Assembly: GCF_020745735.1 (NCBI RefSeq)
Contig: NW_026867444.1
Coordinates: forward strand, 186,001-250,000
Direction of reading: 5' to 3'
Length of the DNA stretch: 64,000 nt
DNA from: Hemiscyllium ocellatum
Lineage: Eukaryota
Position numbers and translations under genes: made by a program. The notes under the pieces are model-generated. The model worked only from the letters and a program-made list of their open reading frames with translations, searched no databases and was not told where the DNA came from. Shown here piece after piece: positions 12,040 through 24,851 of the stretch (position 1 is the stretch's first letter; every line of letters begins with the position of its first letter).

Positions 12040-12078
12040 GGTTTTTGTACAGCCTCTGCACTGGGAGCTCTCACTGTG
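12040..12078 (+). other. J 23-bp-spacer RSS, perfect consensus (copy 1)
   Basis: GGTTTTTGT + 23 nt + CACTGTG. Confidence 0.97.
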
Positions 12079-12113
12079 GTACACGTTCGGTAAAGGAACC
12101 AAACTCAAACTGA
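12079..12113 (+). CDS. IGKJ: Ig kappa-type J segment (copy 1)
   Basis: YTFGKGTKLKL with FGXG motif; phase-1 donor GCAAGT at 12114-12119. Confidence 0.95.
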
Positions 12114-12554
12114 GCAAGTAAACCTCAATTGTCCGTTATTAACCCTGTCAATACTGAAATACACTTTCTAAAATACAGTTACTGACTTGTTGAAGGTGTT
12201 AATGGGGAGCTGCAGTGAATGAAATGGTTGATTGAGGAGCACTGTGTCGAACAGGGTGTCCAGCTGTACTTCTTTAGTTCCATTGCCCCACTTAAGCAGC
12301 AAGACAGAAGTCAGTCAGTTTTACTCACTGTGTGGAGGAGCTCTGTCCATTTGCAGCCTGTGGTCCCATTCCTGCAGCATGGAGTGAAATCAGTGAGTAA
12401 CCTCCTGCCAGTCTCAGTGTGACAGACACGGGCAGATTTTGATGTGAGCTCTGGCTCCCTGTCTCAGTCTCTGATCTCACTGACCTCAGCAGCAGCAGCA
12501 CAGTGAGACACCAAGCTCCCACCTCCCCCAGCTTTAACTCTGCTCAATCACACA

Positions 12555-14960
12555 ATCACAGAATTGTTACAGTGCACAAGGTGGCCATTCCACGCATCCT
12601 GTCTGGACCGTCTCTCTGAATGAGCAATTGACTGAGTGTCATTCTCCTGCCTTCTCCCTGTCACTCTGCACATTGTTCCTTTTCAAATAACAGCCTCATC
12701 CCTTCGGAATGTTTTAATTGAAGCTGCCTCCACCACACACTCAGGCAGTGCATTCCACACCTTAACACTCACTGGCTGAAAATGTTGCTCCCCATCTCAC
12801 TTTTGTTACTTTTCCCAATTACTTTCAATCTGTGGTCTCTTGGTCTGAATCCTTTCTTAATTGGGAACATTTTCTCCCTATTTACTCTGTCCAGGCCCTT
12901 CCTGATTTTGAATTCCTTGAACAAATCTCCTCTCAGCCTTCTCCAAAGAAGACAGTCCCAAATTCTCCAATCAAACTTCATAACTGATGTTCCTCATCCC
13001 TGGAATGATCTTTGGGAACAATTTTTGCCATCGCTACAAAACATTCACCTCCTTCCAGAATTCTTCACATTATCTATGTCCCTCATGATTTTCCAAACCT
13101 CTACAAGGTCACTCCTCAGAACCTTCCGCTTCAGGGTAAGAAGTCTCAGCTTTTCCAGCCGCTCATAGTCATGGAGTCATACAGTGTGGAAACAGACCTT
13201 TCAGTCCAACTTGTCCATGCTAACCAAATATCCTAAACTGACCTCACCTCATTTGCCAGCATTTGGCTTACATCTCTCGAAACCCAACCTGTTCATGTAC
13301 CCATCCCAATGTGTTTTAAATGCTGTAACTGTATCTGCCTCCAACGTTTTCTCTGGCAGCTCAATCCAGACACGCACCACCCTCTGTGTGACAAGTTACC
13401 CTTCAGGTCCCTTTTGAATCTTTTGCCTCTCACCGTAAAATTATGTCCTCTTGTTTTGGAATCCCTTTCCCACGGAAAAGACCTTGGATATACACCCAGT
13501 CCATGACCATCATGGTTTTATAAACATCTATAACGTCACCCCGAGGCCTTAGATGCTGCAGGGAATATAGCCCCAGTTTCTTCAGCCTTTCCCTGTCGCT
13601 CGAACCCTCCAAATCCTGGCCACATCCTTGTAAATCTTTTCTGCAGCTTTTTAAGTTTAACAACATCCTTACTATCTCAGGATAACAGGATTGTTCACAT
13701 CATTCCCAAAGTAGCCTCACCAATCTCCTGTACTGCTGCAACATGATGTTCCAACTCCTGGACTCAATGCAGTGATGAACAAAAGCAAGCAAACCAAACA
13801 CCTTCTTCATCACCCTGTCTACCTGTGACCCCACTTTCAAGGAATAATGTACCTGCATCTTCACCCCTAGGTCTGTTATTCAGCAACACTCCACAGGGCC
13901 CTCCCATTAACTGTATAACTCCTGCCCTGGTTTGCCTTTCCAAAATGCAACATCTCACATTTATCTAAACTGAACTCCATTTGCCACTCTTCTGCCCATT
14001 GCCCCATCTGAGCAAGGTCCCGCTGTACCCTGAGATAATCTTCTTCACTATCCACTGTCCCACCAATTTTGGTGTCATTTACAAACTTACCATAACTCCT
14101 ATATTCACATCCAAATCATTTCTTTAAATGATGAAAAGCATTTGTGGACTCAGCACCAATCTTTGCGGCACACAGCTGTTCACAGATCTCCACTCTGAAA
14201 AGCAACCTTTTACCACCACTCTCTGTCTCCAATCTTCAAGCCAATTTTTTGACTCCAATGGCTCGCTCCCCCTGGATCCCATGTGGTCTAGCCTTACTAA
14301 CCAGTCTATCAAGTGGAACCTTGTCAAACACTTTACTCTGAAGCCCATATTGACAATGTCTACTGTTCTGTCTTCATCAATCCTTTTTGTCAACTCCTGA
14401 ATCAAATTCAGGAGACGTGATTTCCTATGCACAAAGCCACACTGATTATCCAAACGATGTAAATCCTGTCCCACAGAATCCACTCCAACATCTTACCCAG
14501 CACTGACATCAGGCTCACTGGTCTATCGTTCCCTTGCTTTTCCTTACAGCCTTTCTGAAATAAGGGCATAATCTTAGCCAATCTCTCTGTTTTTCCAGCA
14601 CCTTATCCATGGTTGCCGATGATACATATATCTCAGCAAGGGTCCCAAAAGTCTCTTCCCCAGTTGCCACAATGTTCTGGGATACACCTGATCAGGTCCT
14701 AGGGTTTATCTGTGTTTTAAGATCTTTAGTGTCTCCTCATTTATATGTGTTCTCTTTTCAAGACATCACTGTTTTTCTAAATTCCTTAGCTTTCCCCACA
14801 ATATATACTGACCTAAAATATTTGTTCAGGATCTCACCCATCTCTTGTGTCTTACCAAAATACAGCACTCACATTTATCTGAATTAAATCCATCTGCCAT
14901 TCCTCAGCCCACTGGCCCAGTTGGTCAAGATTCCATTGTATTCTTAGATAGCCTTCTTCA
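12555..14960 (-). mobile_element. Stacked CR1 3'/RT fragments in the J-C intron
   Basis: RRLRGDLFKEFKIRKGLDRV, NQCGFVHRKSRLLNLI, SCVPQRLVL. Confidence 0.85.
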
Positions 14961-15114
14961 CTGCCAATGATTAGATTAGATTCTCCACAGTGTGGAAACA
15001 GGCCCTTCAGCCCAACAAGTCCACACCGATCCTCCGAAGAGTAACCCACCCAGACCCATTTCCCTCTCAGTAATGCATCAAACACTATGTTTGATGCATT
15101 ACTGAGAGGGAAAT

Positions 15115-15395
15115 CTCAGTCGATTCCCTTGAACTCAGCACCGCCCTCCTAACCTGCAATCTTCTTCCTGACCTCTCTGCCCCCACCCCACTCCGGCCTA
15201 TCACCCTCACCTTGACCTCCTTCCACCTATCACATCTCCATCGCCCCTCCCCCAGTCCCTCCTCCCTACCTTTTATCTTAGCCTGCCTGGCACCCTCTCC
15301 TCATTCCTGATGAAGGGCTCTGGCCCGAAACTTCGAATTTCCTGTTCCTTGGATGCTGCCTGACCTGCTGTGCTTTAACCAGCAACACATTTTCA
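15115..15395 (+). mobile_element. Penelope-like element terminal-repeat fragment
   Basis: Same ctgatgaaggg..cccgaaac..ggatgctgcctgacctgctg terminus as the GIY-YIG element at 37165-38532; flanked by gcatcaaaca(c/t)tatg duplication. Confidence 0.8.
15303..15338 (+). ncRNA. Minimal hammerhead-ribozyme motif of Penelope-like terminal repeat (copy at 30572-30607)
   Basis: ATTC-CTGATGA-A-GGGC(TCTG)GCCC-GAAA-CTTC-GAAT: both core boxes, helix II and a 4-bp helix I. Confidence 0.65.
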
Positions 15396-15739
15396 GCATC
15401 AAACATTATGGACAATTTAGCATGGCCAATTCACCTGACCTGCACATCTGTGGACTGTGGAAGGAAACCAGAGCACCCGGCGGAAAAACACGCAGACACA
15501 GGGAGAATGCGCAAACTCCACACAGACAGTCACCCAAGGTTGGAATCGAACCTGGGGCCCTGGTACTATAAGGCTGCAGTGCTAACCACTGAGCCACCCT
15601 GCTGACCCCAACCCCTTAGCCACCACTAAGCCACCAATGCCACCTGAAAATTCACCAAAACACACTCTTACCACTCTGGTCACTATATTCAGAAATTAAA
15701 GACCCCCCCTCCCCCATTTATAACGGCTCTATCATATTT

Positions 15740-16990
15740 GCAGGTCTCTGTAAATTCCTTGCATTTGTATTCCTCCACATCCTTCCCACTGGGTGGTGAC
15801 TTATTGACTGCTCTGAGGATTCTGTGGTCCTTGGTGTTCCTCTCTGATATTCGCCCCTGGCTCCCACAGCCCTGCCAAGTTAGTTTAAACTCTCTCTAAC
15901 AGTAGTAAACCACCTCACAAAAATCTAAAGCCCTCCCTCATGGATCCTCTTTCCAGCCCAGCAATCACCTGTGTTCACCTCCTGATTCTATTCTCACTTG
16001 TGTGGTGTGCTGCAAATGTGTTGCTGGAAAAGCGCAGCAGGTCAGGCAGCATCCAAGGAGCAGGAGAGTCGACGTTTCGGGCCTGAGCCCTTCTTCACTT
16101 GCGTGGGGCACTGGGAGTAATCTGGAGATTCCTACTTTTGAGTTCCTGCTACTAATTAGCAGTAGGAACTCAAAAGTAGGAAGCTCCAGATTACTTAAAA
16201 GTAGGAAGCTCCAAAACTTCTGACTGGAGGACCACATCTCTTTTCTCCCTCTGTCACTGGGACCAATGAGGACCACAACTGCTGCCTGTTCCCCCTCTCC
16301 CCTCAGGGTTCTCTGCAGCCGCTCAGTGATATCCTTGACCCTGGCACCAGGGAGACAACACACCATCCTGGATTCCCATCTGCAGCTGCAGAAACATCTA
16401 TCGACTGCCCTCACTCTCCAATCTCCTCTCACTATCACTCTTCCAGTCTTCCTTGTGCCCCCCTGTACAGCTGCCCCCCCGCCCCCCCCCCCCCCGTGGT
16501 GCCAGGGACTTCGTCCTGGCTACACTCCCCAGCTGAACCATCATTCTCATCAGGATTCTGAACTGAATCCTGGTTGGAGAGTGGGATACACTCAGGGGAT
16601 TCCTGTACTAGCTGCCTGGTCCTTTTGGACTGTCTGCTGCTCCCCCATTCCCTCTCTCCCTGCATACTCTGAAGCTGCGAGTGACCACATCTAGAAACGT
16701 TTCTCCACGGAGCTCTCAGCCTCACGGACGCTCCGCACTGACACCAGCTGCTGGTCCACCTCCAAAACCCGGAGCTCCAACTGCTGTCACTGACCACACT
16801 TCCTGTACTCATGGAATTCCAGGAGCTGGGAAACATTCTGAAGTTCTCACATGGATGCACACTCTCTCCACTCTTGGATTATCTCTTTGCAAAGTTCTGA
16901 TGACAAACAGCTACAGCAGGGCTCAGAGTCCAGTGTTCAGTGGGTTCAGTGTTCCAGGGTTTTGGAGAAACTCTCCAGAAAACTTTGAGA
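15740..16990 (-). mobile_element. CR1 5' region with ORF1 (zinc-finger/coiled-coil part and SGNH esterase-like domain)
   Basis: SRMVCCLPGARVKDITERL..GEGEQAAVVVLIG is the esterase domain known in CR1 ORF1. Confidence 0.8.
16000..16098 (-). mobile_element. Short Penelope-like terminal fragment with truncated hammerhead core
   Basis: Minus strand GTGAAGAAGGGCTCAGGCCCGAAACGTCGACTC; flanked by tcacttg(t/c)gtgg duplication. Confidence 0.75.
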
Positions 16991-18960
16991 AATAGGAGCA
17001 GAAATCAGCCATTCAGCCCATTGAATCTGCTCTGCCATTTGACCTTGGCAGATATGCTTCTCACCCCCATCTCCTGCCTACTCCACAGGAACTTTCCATC
17101 CCCTTAACAATCATGAACCTATCTATCTCTGTCTTAAATACACTCAGTGACTTGGCCTCCCTGCCCTCTGTAACAATGAGTTCCACAGATTCACCACCCT
17201 CTGGCTGAAGAAATCCCTCCTCATCTCAGCTCTAAAGGGTCGGCCCTTCATTCTGAGGCTGTGCTGCGGTTACCTCGTCTCTCCTGTATTTGGAAACATC
17301 TTCTCCCCATCCACTCTATCCAGGTCTATCTGTATTCTGCAAATTTCAATAAGATCCCGCCTCATCCTTCTAAACTCCATTGAGTACAGACACAGAGTCC
17401 TTAACCGTGCCTCATATGACAAGCCCTCCATCCCCAGGATCATTCTTGTAAACCCCTCCAATGCCAGCACATCGTTTCAAAGAATATGGATCCTAAATCT
17501 GCTCACAATATTCCAAATTCAGACTGACCAGAGCCTTACACAGCCTCAGCAGTACATCTCTGCTCTTGTATTCTGGCCCTATTGAAATGAATGCTAACAT
17601 TTCATTTGCCTTCCCAAGCACAAACTGGACCTGCCTGTTAACCTTAAGAGAAACCTGAATGAGGTTTGTGCTTTAGATTTCCAAAGGCTTTCCTCATTTA
17701 GAAAATACCTCCACACCCTGACTCCATTGATTCCTGAAATATCATCAAAAATGTCTCCACAATCTCCTCGGTGATCTCCTTCAGAACACATTGGTGTAAT
17801 TCATCTAGTCTGGGTGAGTTATCCACACTCAGACATTTCAGCTTCCCCAGTACCTCCTCCTTAGTAATGGCCACTGCTCTCACCTCTGTCCCCTGACAGT
17901 CTTGAAGTTCTGGGACACTGCTGGTGTTTTCCATTGTGCAGACTGATGTAATGTATGTATTCAATTCCTCTGCTTTTTCTTCATTTCCTATTATTCTTTT
18001 TCCAATGTCTATTTCTGCCTCCCTCTTCCTTTTTATATATCTGATGAAATTCTTGCAATATTCTTTTATATTACTGGCTCGCTTTCCCCCACATTTCACC
18101 TTCTGTACCCTGAATGTTTTTTTTGTTATCCTCTACAGGTTTTTAAAGACTTCCTAATCCTCTGGCCTCCCACTATTTCCACCACATTGTGTGCTTTTTC
18201 TTTTGCTTTTATGCTGTCCTTGACCTCCCTCATCAGCCATGGTTACATTGTCCTCCCCTTAGTGTGTTTCTTCTTTTTGGGATAAATTCCTACTCTGCTT
18301 CCTGAATTACCCCCAGAAACCCTGCTGTTTGCTGCCACACCATCTTACCTGCTCAGCTCCCCTTCCAATCAACTCTGACCAGCTCCTTCCTCACGTCTTT
18401 GTCGTTCCCTTTACTCAACTGAAATACTGTTCCATCTGATTGCAGCTTCTCCCTCTCAAACTGCAGGGGGAATTCTATCGTATTATGGTCACTTATCCAG
18501 AGGGACACTTTCATCTTCAGCTCACTGACCAAGTTTGCCTCATTACACATCACTGAATCCAGAACTGCCTGTTCCAAACCGCAAGCTGTTTCAAAAACCA
18601 TCTCATAGACATTCCATGAAATCTTTTTGTTGAGACGTGCTATCCAGGCCACTTATCCATTGAAGTCTGCCCTGACCTTTTTTTTATGACTTTTCTGTCT
18701 CCTGATTGATTTCCTTCCCCACACGCTGTTTACTGCTTGGAGACCTGAACTTGCATCAGATTCTTTATTTCTTGGGTTCCTCAACACTCCCCACACAGAT
18801 TCTACACCTTCTGACTGTACAACAAGCTTATTGTGTATATCTTGTGCATTTAAGTATAACACCCTCAGTCCTACATTGACTGCCCTCCTTCTCATCATTG
18901 TCCTCTTATCTGCTGTGCTTGACATTTGATTCCTGATTCCTTCCATGCTCTCAGTCCTAT
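16990..18960 (-). mobile_element. CR1 ORF2 fragments (3' end, linker, APE)
   Basis: FRRMRRDLIEICRI, KEEVLGKLKCLSVDNSPRLDELH, SDHNTIEF. Confidence 0.85.
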
Positions 18961-19586
18961 TACATCTTCTAGAATCTTAGCTAACCTCTCCTAAGCCCTC
19001 CTCCACTTTAACTAGTTTAAATTTCTTGGAAACTCAATTTACCTCGATTTGGAGCATCACTTTGTCTCCCTGACTCGGAATGCTTCGTGAACTTAGACAC
19101 AAAATCTTTAAGTTTGATCTATTATTGATTTTCCCTGCACTTTTATGGTTCATTTGATGTTCAAAAATTCCATCCCTTCCTTTTATTTACTTGTAACAAT
19201 CAATCCCATCACTAACCAGCAATCCTACCTTCTCCTTTATCTTCTATTTTCTCAGTTTCCATTCAACTGAACCAAATTACTTTCTCTTTGGGTTGAGTTC
19301 AGGCCTATATTTATCATTGAGCCAACATCATTATTGCTCTTTGATGTCATTGCTTCCAGTGGGATCTTGCTGTGCAGAAATTGGCTGCCCCTTTCCTGAA
19401 ATTGCAACAGTGACTGGTTTCAAGCAAAGTGTAACTGTCTTTGGGAGAGCCTGAGGTGCTGAGGGCTTGATTGAAACACAATTAGTGTCAGGGAGATGCA
19501 CAGCATGGAAACAGACTCTTCGATCTGACTCATCCATGTCAACCACAGTGACATAGAGTCATAGTGTCAGAGAGATGTACAGCACA

Positions 19587-19599
19587 NNNNNNNNNNNNN
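19587..19599. other. 13-N assembly gap
   Basis: 13 consecutive N. Confidence 1.
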
Positions 19600-22500
19600 G
19601 ATAACAAACAGTAATGGGGCCAGCACTGAGCCCTGAGGCACTCCACTCAACACAGGCCTCCAGTCGACAAGCATCCTTCCAATATCACCCTCTGCTTCCT
19701 ATCATCAAGACAGTGATAGAAAAGTATTTGTCTTTGGTTCGGAATAGTTTGGAGGTAGGAGACAGAGAAGAGGGATAACGTGTGTGCTCTCCAATGAACA
19801 AGATGTGAATAGTGGTGTCCCCAGGGATTTGTGCAGGGGCCTCAGTATTTCACGATATTTCTCAATGACTTGGATGAAGGAATAGAGAGCCAATTATCCA
19901 AGATGCTGACCACACGGAGTGAGGCAGCTTGGAGGAGGTTACAGAGATAGGGAGAGTGGAGGGCAGAGAGGGATTTGAGAACAAGGATGAGAATTTGAAA
20001 ATCGAGGTGTTGCTCGACCAGGAGCCAATATAGGCACGGGTGCAGGGGTTGTGGGAACGGGGCTTGGTGCAAGCTCGGATACGGGCTGCAGAATTTTGGA
20101 TGAGGTGAAGGATACAGAGGGCAGTGGCTGTGATGTGCATCAGCCATTGGAATGGTCATGTTTGGAGCCCCATAAACATGGCTGAGATTTTCAGTGGCTG
20201 ATCTTTGTGATATGAAAGAAATATGGGGCTGAGATCATTCTCAAACATGAGACCCAGTTTGTAAAGAGTCTAGTTGAGCAGCAGATAGTGCTCAGGGAGA
20301 GGGATGGAGCGTATACCAGGATCTGAAGAGGATGGCTTTGATCTTCCCAATATGTTTCACAATGAGCTTGGCTCCTCAGTCCTGACTGCTCTTAGCTGCT
20401 GTGATTGTCACTGATCGGACACTTATTATTAGAGATTCTGACCACAGCAGAAAGCCCCAGTGTAAAAAATAACTGCAAAGACTGTCAGATCGCAAGGTTG
20501 AAACTTCACAAAAAAGAGGAAGTGAAAGAAGGAGCTCGGAGCAGCTGGGTGTTTGTTACTGAGACGGGAGAAAACTGTGAACCACCTGCACTCCCTGGAA
20601 TCTGACAGCACAGGAGGCTGGTTCTAGGATTTATTTTTTTGCAGAAACAGCACAGTTTTGGAAAAGGTGTCAGTCATTCTCTCACAAACACACACGCCTG
20701 CACTCGGAGATCAGAAACAGAATCCAGCAGCAGCTCTGTCTCCAAGCTGTGAAACCTGCACAGAATTGATCCCTCATTCAGTTATAACTGGCAGGATAGA
20801 CCAAGCAGGAGAGGCAACACAGTGGTGTGTACAGTCGGAAGGGAGTTGCCCTGAGAGTCCTCACCATTAACTATGGAACCCATGAAGCCTCATGACAGCA
20901 GGTCAAACATGGGAAGGAAACCTCCTGCTGATTACCACATAGCACCGCCCTCCGCTCCAACCTCAACTGAGCAGTCAGTCCTCCTCCATGTTGAACAACA
21001 CTTGGTGGGAGCACTGAAGGAGGGAATGATGCAGGATATATCCTGAGTAAGGGACTTCAAAGCCCACCATCAAGAGCTGCTCAGAAGCATCACTACTGAG
21101 CAAACTGGTCACGCTCCACCTGATTCAGCTGCTCGACTGGACCTGGGGCAGTTGGTGAGGGAACCAACAAGAGGGAAAAACATACTCACTATCACCCTCA
21201 CCAAGCTGCCTGCTGCTGGTGTATCTGTCCATAACAGTATCAGTAAGAGTGACCATCGCACAGTCTGTGTGGAGACAAAATCCTATCTTGCCTTTGAGAT
21301 TATCTTACATTCTGTTGGGCAAGAGATATGGAATGTCAGAAAGAACTTTGATTTTAGCAGAAATTGGCAAAGTCTTGGAAATTAGTGCCCATTCAGGTGA
21401 GACAGGTGAAGAGACTCAGTGATTGCAATGGCAGATTGGATGGGCTCTTGATGGAAATAAACCTGCAAGGCTCTGAGGGTCGAGTAGGGGAGGGGGTGGG
21501 ACTGACTGGATTGCTCCATGAAATGACAGCATTTCCCTGACAGGCTGAATGTTCTCCCCCTGTGCTGGAAATAGGTCTCACTCAATGAGGGGTTCACAAT
21601 TAGAGAGTTTGGATGCAGTAAATACAGGACAAATTGTTTCTTCAGGCAGGAGGGTCAGTAACCAGAGGGCACACATTTCAGAAAGAGTCTAAAGTACAAG
21701 AGAGAAGATAGGAACATTTTTTATCCAGCGAGTTCATGGTGACTGTCTGCAAGGTGAGTGGAAGTGGATTCAACAGCAACTTTCAAAAGGGCATTTGGAG
21801 AAATAGCTGAAAAGGAAATAATTGCAGTTATACAGGAAGGGCTGGGGAAATGGGACTCATTGTACTCATTTGACTAACAGTCACAATCAGCCCAGTGACC
21901 TCTGTCTGTGCTGTATGAGAGCTTACACACACTTAGACTCACCTTTACACAAAGACTGGGAGAAACAGACAACCCAGTTTACAGAAGAGCGTTTTCTCAA
22001 GGGAAACTCTCTTGAACCAACTCAAGGAACAGGCCAGACTAGATTTACTGATGAGGAATAATTCAGCAAATCAATGGCAAGGGAACAGTGAACCAAAGTG
22101 ATGGGATTGAACAGTATATTCAATAGCACAACCATTGAGAGGGGGAGGGATCAAGGGCAGGAGGTCTGAGAGCATGCTGTAGGGTCTGAAGGCTCTGCTG
22201 TCAATGGTGGGATGGAGCAAGCAGCAATGAGCAGGAGACCAGAGACAGAAGATGGAAGGGGGAGGGAGGGAATGTGAGTCTGCAGCAGGACACAGACGGT
22301 GGGAGGGGGAGGCCATAGAGTCAATTGGCTGGCAGTGAGGACAGGGGTCATTCTGGAATGACAGATGGATAAGACAGGGAAGAGCCCACTCCATATCAGA
22401 CAAGTTGGAGTTTATGGAATATGGCTTTAGGAAGCTGGGAGAGGACATTGGAATCATAGAGTTAGGGGGCAGGACGAGCAGGAATTAGGGTTTCTGTGGT

Positions 22501-24814
22501 CAAGGGGCCGAGGTAATGCAGAGACAATGTTGTTGAGATTGAAATAAGAGACCTACGTGATGGAGAGGATGTCGGATTTGTAGCTCAGGTGCTGGACAGT
22601 CCTGAGGGAAGGAGGACCATGTTTACTAGTCTCTTCTAGAGTATCCAAAGGGAAGGAGGTCCCTGTTTATTGGTGTCTATTGAAGGTTCCAGTGGAAAGA
22701 GGTCCATGTTTACTGTTCTATGGGAAAGTGTCCCAAGTATATATCACCAAAGAGTCATAGAGGTTTACAGCATGGGATCAGGCCGTTCAGCTCAACTCAT
22801 CCATGCCGACCAAGTATCCAAAACTGAACTAGTCCCATTTGCATGTGTTTGGCCCAATTCTCTCTAAATCCTTCCTATCCATGTTCCTGTAAGAATGACC
22901 TTGAAATGTAGTAATTGTACTCACCTCTACGAATTCTTTAGTCAGCTCATTACACATACACACTAACCTCTGTGTGAAAATGTTGCCCCTCAGTTTCCTA
23001 CTAATTCTTTCCCCTCCCAACTTAAACCTACTCCTTCTAGTACTGGACTCTCCTACCCTGGGGAAAAGACTTTGACTATTCACCTTATCTATGACCCTCA
23101 TGATTCTATAAACCTCTATAAGGTCACCCCTCAATCTCCTGCATTCCCTGGAAAAACATCTTGGCCTATTCATCCTCATCTTGTAATTCAAATCCTCCAA
23201 TCTTGATAACATCCCTGTTAATCTTTCATTTATTCAAACCACTGTCATAACTTCCTCCCTATAGCAGGGTAAGCAGAAATGTACTGTGTCCAAATGTGGC
23301 CTTACCAATGCCTTGTACAGCTGTAACATGATGTCCCAGCTCCTGTACTCCCTGCTTTGACCAGTGAAGGTGAGCGTGCCAAATACCTTCTTCATCACCC
23401 TGTCTACCTGTGAGACCACTTCCAAGGAACTATGTACCTGTACCCCTCGTCTCTCTGTTCAACAACACTTCCCATGGCTCTACAATTAATTGTGTAATTT
23501 CTGCCCTGGTTTGTCTTCCCAAAATGCAACTCCTTCCATTTATCAAAATTTCCATCTGGATTTGTTGACGCACTGGCCCAGTTGATCAAGATGACATTGC
23601 ACTCTTGGATAACCTTCTACCCTGTCCACTATGCCAACAATTATAACGTCAGCCACAAACTTACTGACCATTCCTGCTATTTTCTCATCCAAATTGTTTA
23701 CATCAATGATGAACAACAGTGGATCCATGATCGATTCTTGTGACAGACAGTTGGTCACTGGCCTCCAGTCTGAAGAACAACCCTCTCTCACCAGCCTCAG
23801 CCTCCTATCATCAGGCCAATTTCATATCCAATTGGCGAGCTGTCCCTGGATCCTATGTGAAATAATCTTACTAAGCAGTCTACCATCGGGAACCTTGTAT
23901 TAACTCCCTGTAGACAGAGTGTACTACTCTATCTTTACCTATCTTCTTGCTCCTTCTTCAAAAACTCAACCATCTACTCATCTCCATTGGAAGTTCCAGT
24001 GATTTGGAGGCCCATATTTACTGGTCTGTCTTGGAGGATCCAGTCAGAAGGAGATCCATGTTTACTGGTCTGTGTTGGAGGTTCCAGCAGGAAGGAGGTC
24101 CATGTTTACTGGTCTTTACTAGACGATCCAGTCCGAAAGAGGTACATGTTTACTGGTCTCCTTTGGAGAGTCCAGTCAGAAGGAGACCAATGTTTACTGG
24201 TCTCTAGTGGAGGCTCCTGCAGGAAGGAGGCCCATGTTTACTGGACTCTGTAGGAGAGTCCAGTGCATCATGGACTCCAAGGTGAGTGTGGGGTTCATTT
24301 CCTTTCTGTTGTAACTGTGTAATGGTTCAACCCGTATCCCAGTAAAACACCCTGACTCAGAGACTGATCATGGAAAGGGAAGGAGAGGGGTAGGAGAGGG
24401 GAAGGGATTGGAAAATGTTGTGAATGGACATGCTGGATCAGGGGGTCAGAGCCTGTCCTGTCCCTCCAGCTCACACTGATGGCCTGAGGATCTCCTCTCT
24501 CTGCTGGGCCTTCATGGAATGAGCTTTGTGTCCAAACCAGTCCCCAGTGAGAACAGGCCAACAGCACAGAACTGCCCTTCATTTGACAAGAATCTAGGCA
24601 TCTTTCTGAGAGAGGCCAAATCCAGGTCAATGCGGAAAATGGGGCCTTACTCCAGGAGAAAACATGCTTCTGGGGTCAAGGGTTAGCATCCATGAGTGGG
24701 GCAGAGAGAGGGAGATTCATCCTGAATTCAACTGCCACAACCTGGGACACTGAGAAAGAGAGAGAAGTGAGTCAGAGACAAAGGGTGAGTGTCTGTTCGT
24801 GTGTGTGTGTATGT

Positions 24815-24851
<37 letters not shown>

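Larger units (their letters stand above)
14960..15600 (-). mobile_element. tRNA-derived shark SINE (HE1/V-SINE-like) interrupted by a Penelope-like fragment
   Basis: Minus-strand A box TGGCTCAGTGG and B box GGTTCGATTCC at ~15535-15600; CR1-like tail at ~14960-15060. Confidence 0.85.
4330..19586 (+). repeat. Copy 1 of a ~15.3 kb direct duplication
   Basis: gataacaaacagtaatggggc at 4330 = 19600; gagatgtacagcaca ending 19586 = 34866; colinear throughout. Confidence 0.97.

Noticed and set aside
12499-12505. Isolated CACAGTG in the J-C intron resembling the mammalian intronic RS heptamer (copy 27765-27771)
   Set aside because: No nonamer at 12 or 23 nt; a 7-mer is expected several times by chance in this window.
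12120-12555. Kappa intronic enhancer equivalent after J
   Set aside because: Only scattered E-boxes and an ATTTGCAG; no kB site or convincing motif cluster.
15535-15600. tRNA gene (A and B boxes)
   Set aside because: Head of a tRNA-derived SINE continuing into SINE body and CR1-like tail; no complete cloverleaf.
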